Source of the DNA: Octopus bimaculoides
Taxonomy: Eukaryota
Direction of reading: 5' to 3'
NCBI RefSeq assembly: GCF_001194135.2
Contig: NC_068984.1
Span: forward strand, 38,341,003-38,405,002
Length of the DNA: 64,000 nucleotides
A program made the position numbers and the translations under genes. This document shows, piece after piece, positions 63,026-64,000 of the stretch (positions are counted from its first letter, which is position 1; each line of letters opens with the position of its first letter). The notes beneath the pieces were generated by a model that ran no database searches, was not told the DNA's origin, and saw only the letters and a program-made list of their open reading frames with translations.

Positions 63026-64000
63026 TCAGAAAAACTGCAGTTTTTTCAACCTTCAGAGTTGAAATCCCACATTCATTTCTCTTTTATCAATCAACACAGA
63101 ATCTAGGACTTGCCAGAATTCACAGATAGACCTGCAAACCACAATCAGCAACAAAGTTTAATGCTTCCATAATGTCTAAATGAGAAATAGGGGAAGAGAA
63201 GGGTGAAAAAGTCAGCTTTACTTTCCGTCCTTGTCTGTATTGTCAAGATATTAGAAATTGTAAGTCCAGAAGTCTGTTGGGATTATGATGACAGTTTTAG
63301 TTAATAAGGACGTTTGTTATGGATGTTTTATGGGATGTATACGATTATTTTTTAATTTTGTTGAGTTTAAATGTCAATTTCTCATGTTCATAGAGGATGT
63401 GCATGACTGGTATATATTGAAGTTGTGTGAGTAAAGGAAGAAAATTGTAGCATTTGTTTTGAAGAAATAAGGGAGATAAATTAACAGCTATTAAGTTGTT
63501 AATTTGTAAAAGAAATTGTGGAAAGAATAACTATGTTGACAGAATAATGATTGAAGAGGTTTGAGTCAATATATGCTATCAAGTGTGACAAGATTGAGCA
63601 AATCTATGATCTAAAACATTCCAAATACTGTGTATAAAGGATTGTATTATCAAATGTGACTTTTCTTTTTTAAGATGGAAGTGTGCGGGGGGGGGGAGGT
63701 ACGATTTGAAGGACATTTGGTTACTATTTCAGACAGGATAAGACTACAAAGCATCTTTTTTATTAGAAGTTGAAGATGTTGCTCTACCATATAATGGTGA
63801 TGAGTGTAGATCTGAGTGCTGCTGATGTTGAACATGTATGTGTGTAAAATTGGATGACTTGTAAAAACTCTTAACTATTACATGGTATTGAAAGGAATTT
63901 TTTTTTTTTTTTAAATTTTTTTTTTATGTGTTTCAGTCAAGTGGCTGCGGTCATGCTGGTGCACCACCGTGGAATGATGAAGTTTCTTAATAAATCACAA

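Overview
AT-rich, repeat-dense eukaryotic genomic DNA with six N gaps. The repeat families (RTE LINE tails ending in CCATGCTAGCATGGAAAGCGGACGTTAAACGATGATG, tRNA-headed SINEs, abundant TA/CA/GA microsatellites) look like an octopus or other coleoid cephalopod genome; this is inference, not a database result. Two convergent spliced genes can be rebuilt by hand with GT-AG introns and consistent phases. (1) On +, an amphiphysin/BIN1-like N-BAR + SH3 gene: 11 coding exons at 12164-39981, 379 codons plus a split Ala. Its 5'-most exons were not found and probably lie upstream of the window. (2) On -, a complete GRWD1/Rrb1 gene: 6 exons at 53553-62331, 429 aa. The rest is transposon debris: RTE (at least 2 lineages), CR1-type and Dong/R4-type LINE fragments, a mariner remnant, a non-autonomous Helitron, modular SINEs, and two long-inverted-repeat elements with GG..CC ends and perfect 8-bp TSDs. 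The most notable non-genic signals are a type I hammerhead ribozyme candidate on - at 9768-9855, a ~300-bp-arm foldback element in the intron splitting the SH3 domain, a 26-bp hairpin minisatellite grown from an RTE 3' UTR, a twin-priming-like RTE inversion, and an ATG-GAG-TAA micro-uORF abutting the GRWD1 start. No CRISPR array, rRNA or genuine tRNA gene was seen. Boundaries of old repeats are approximate.
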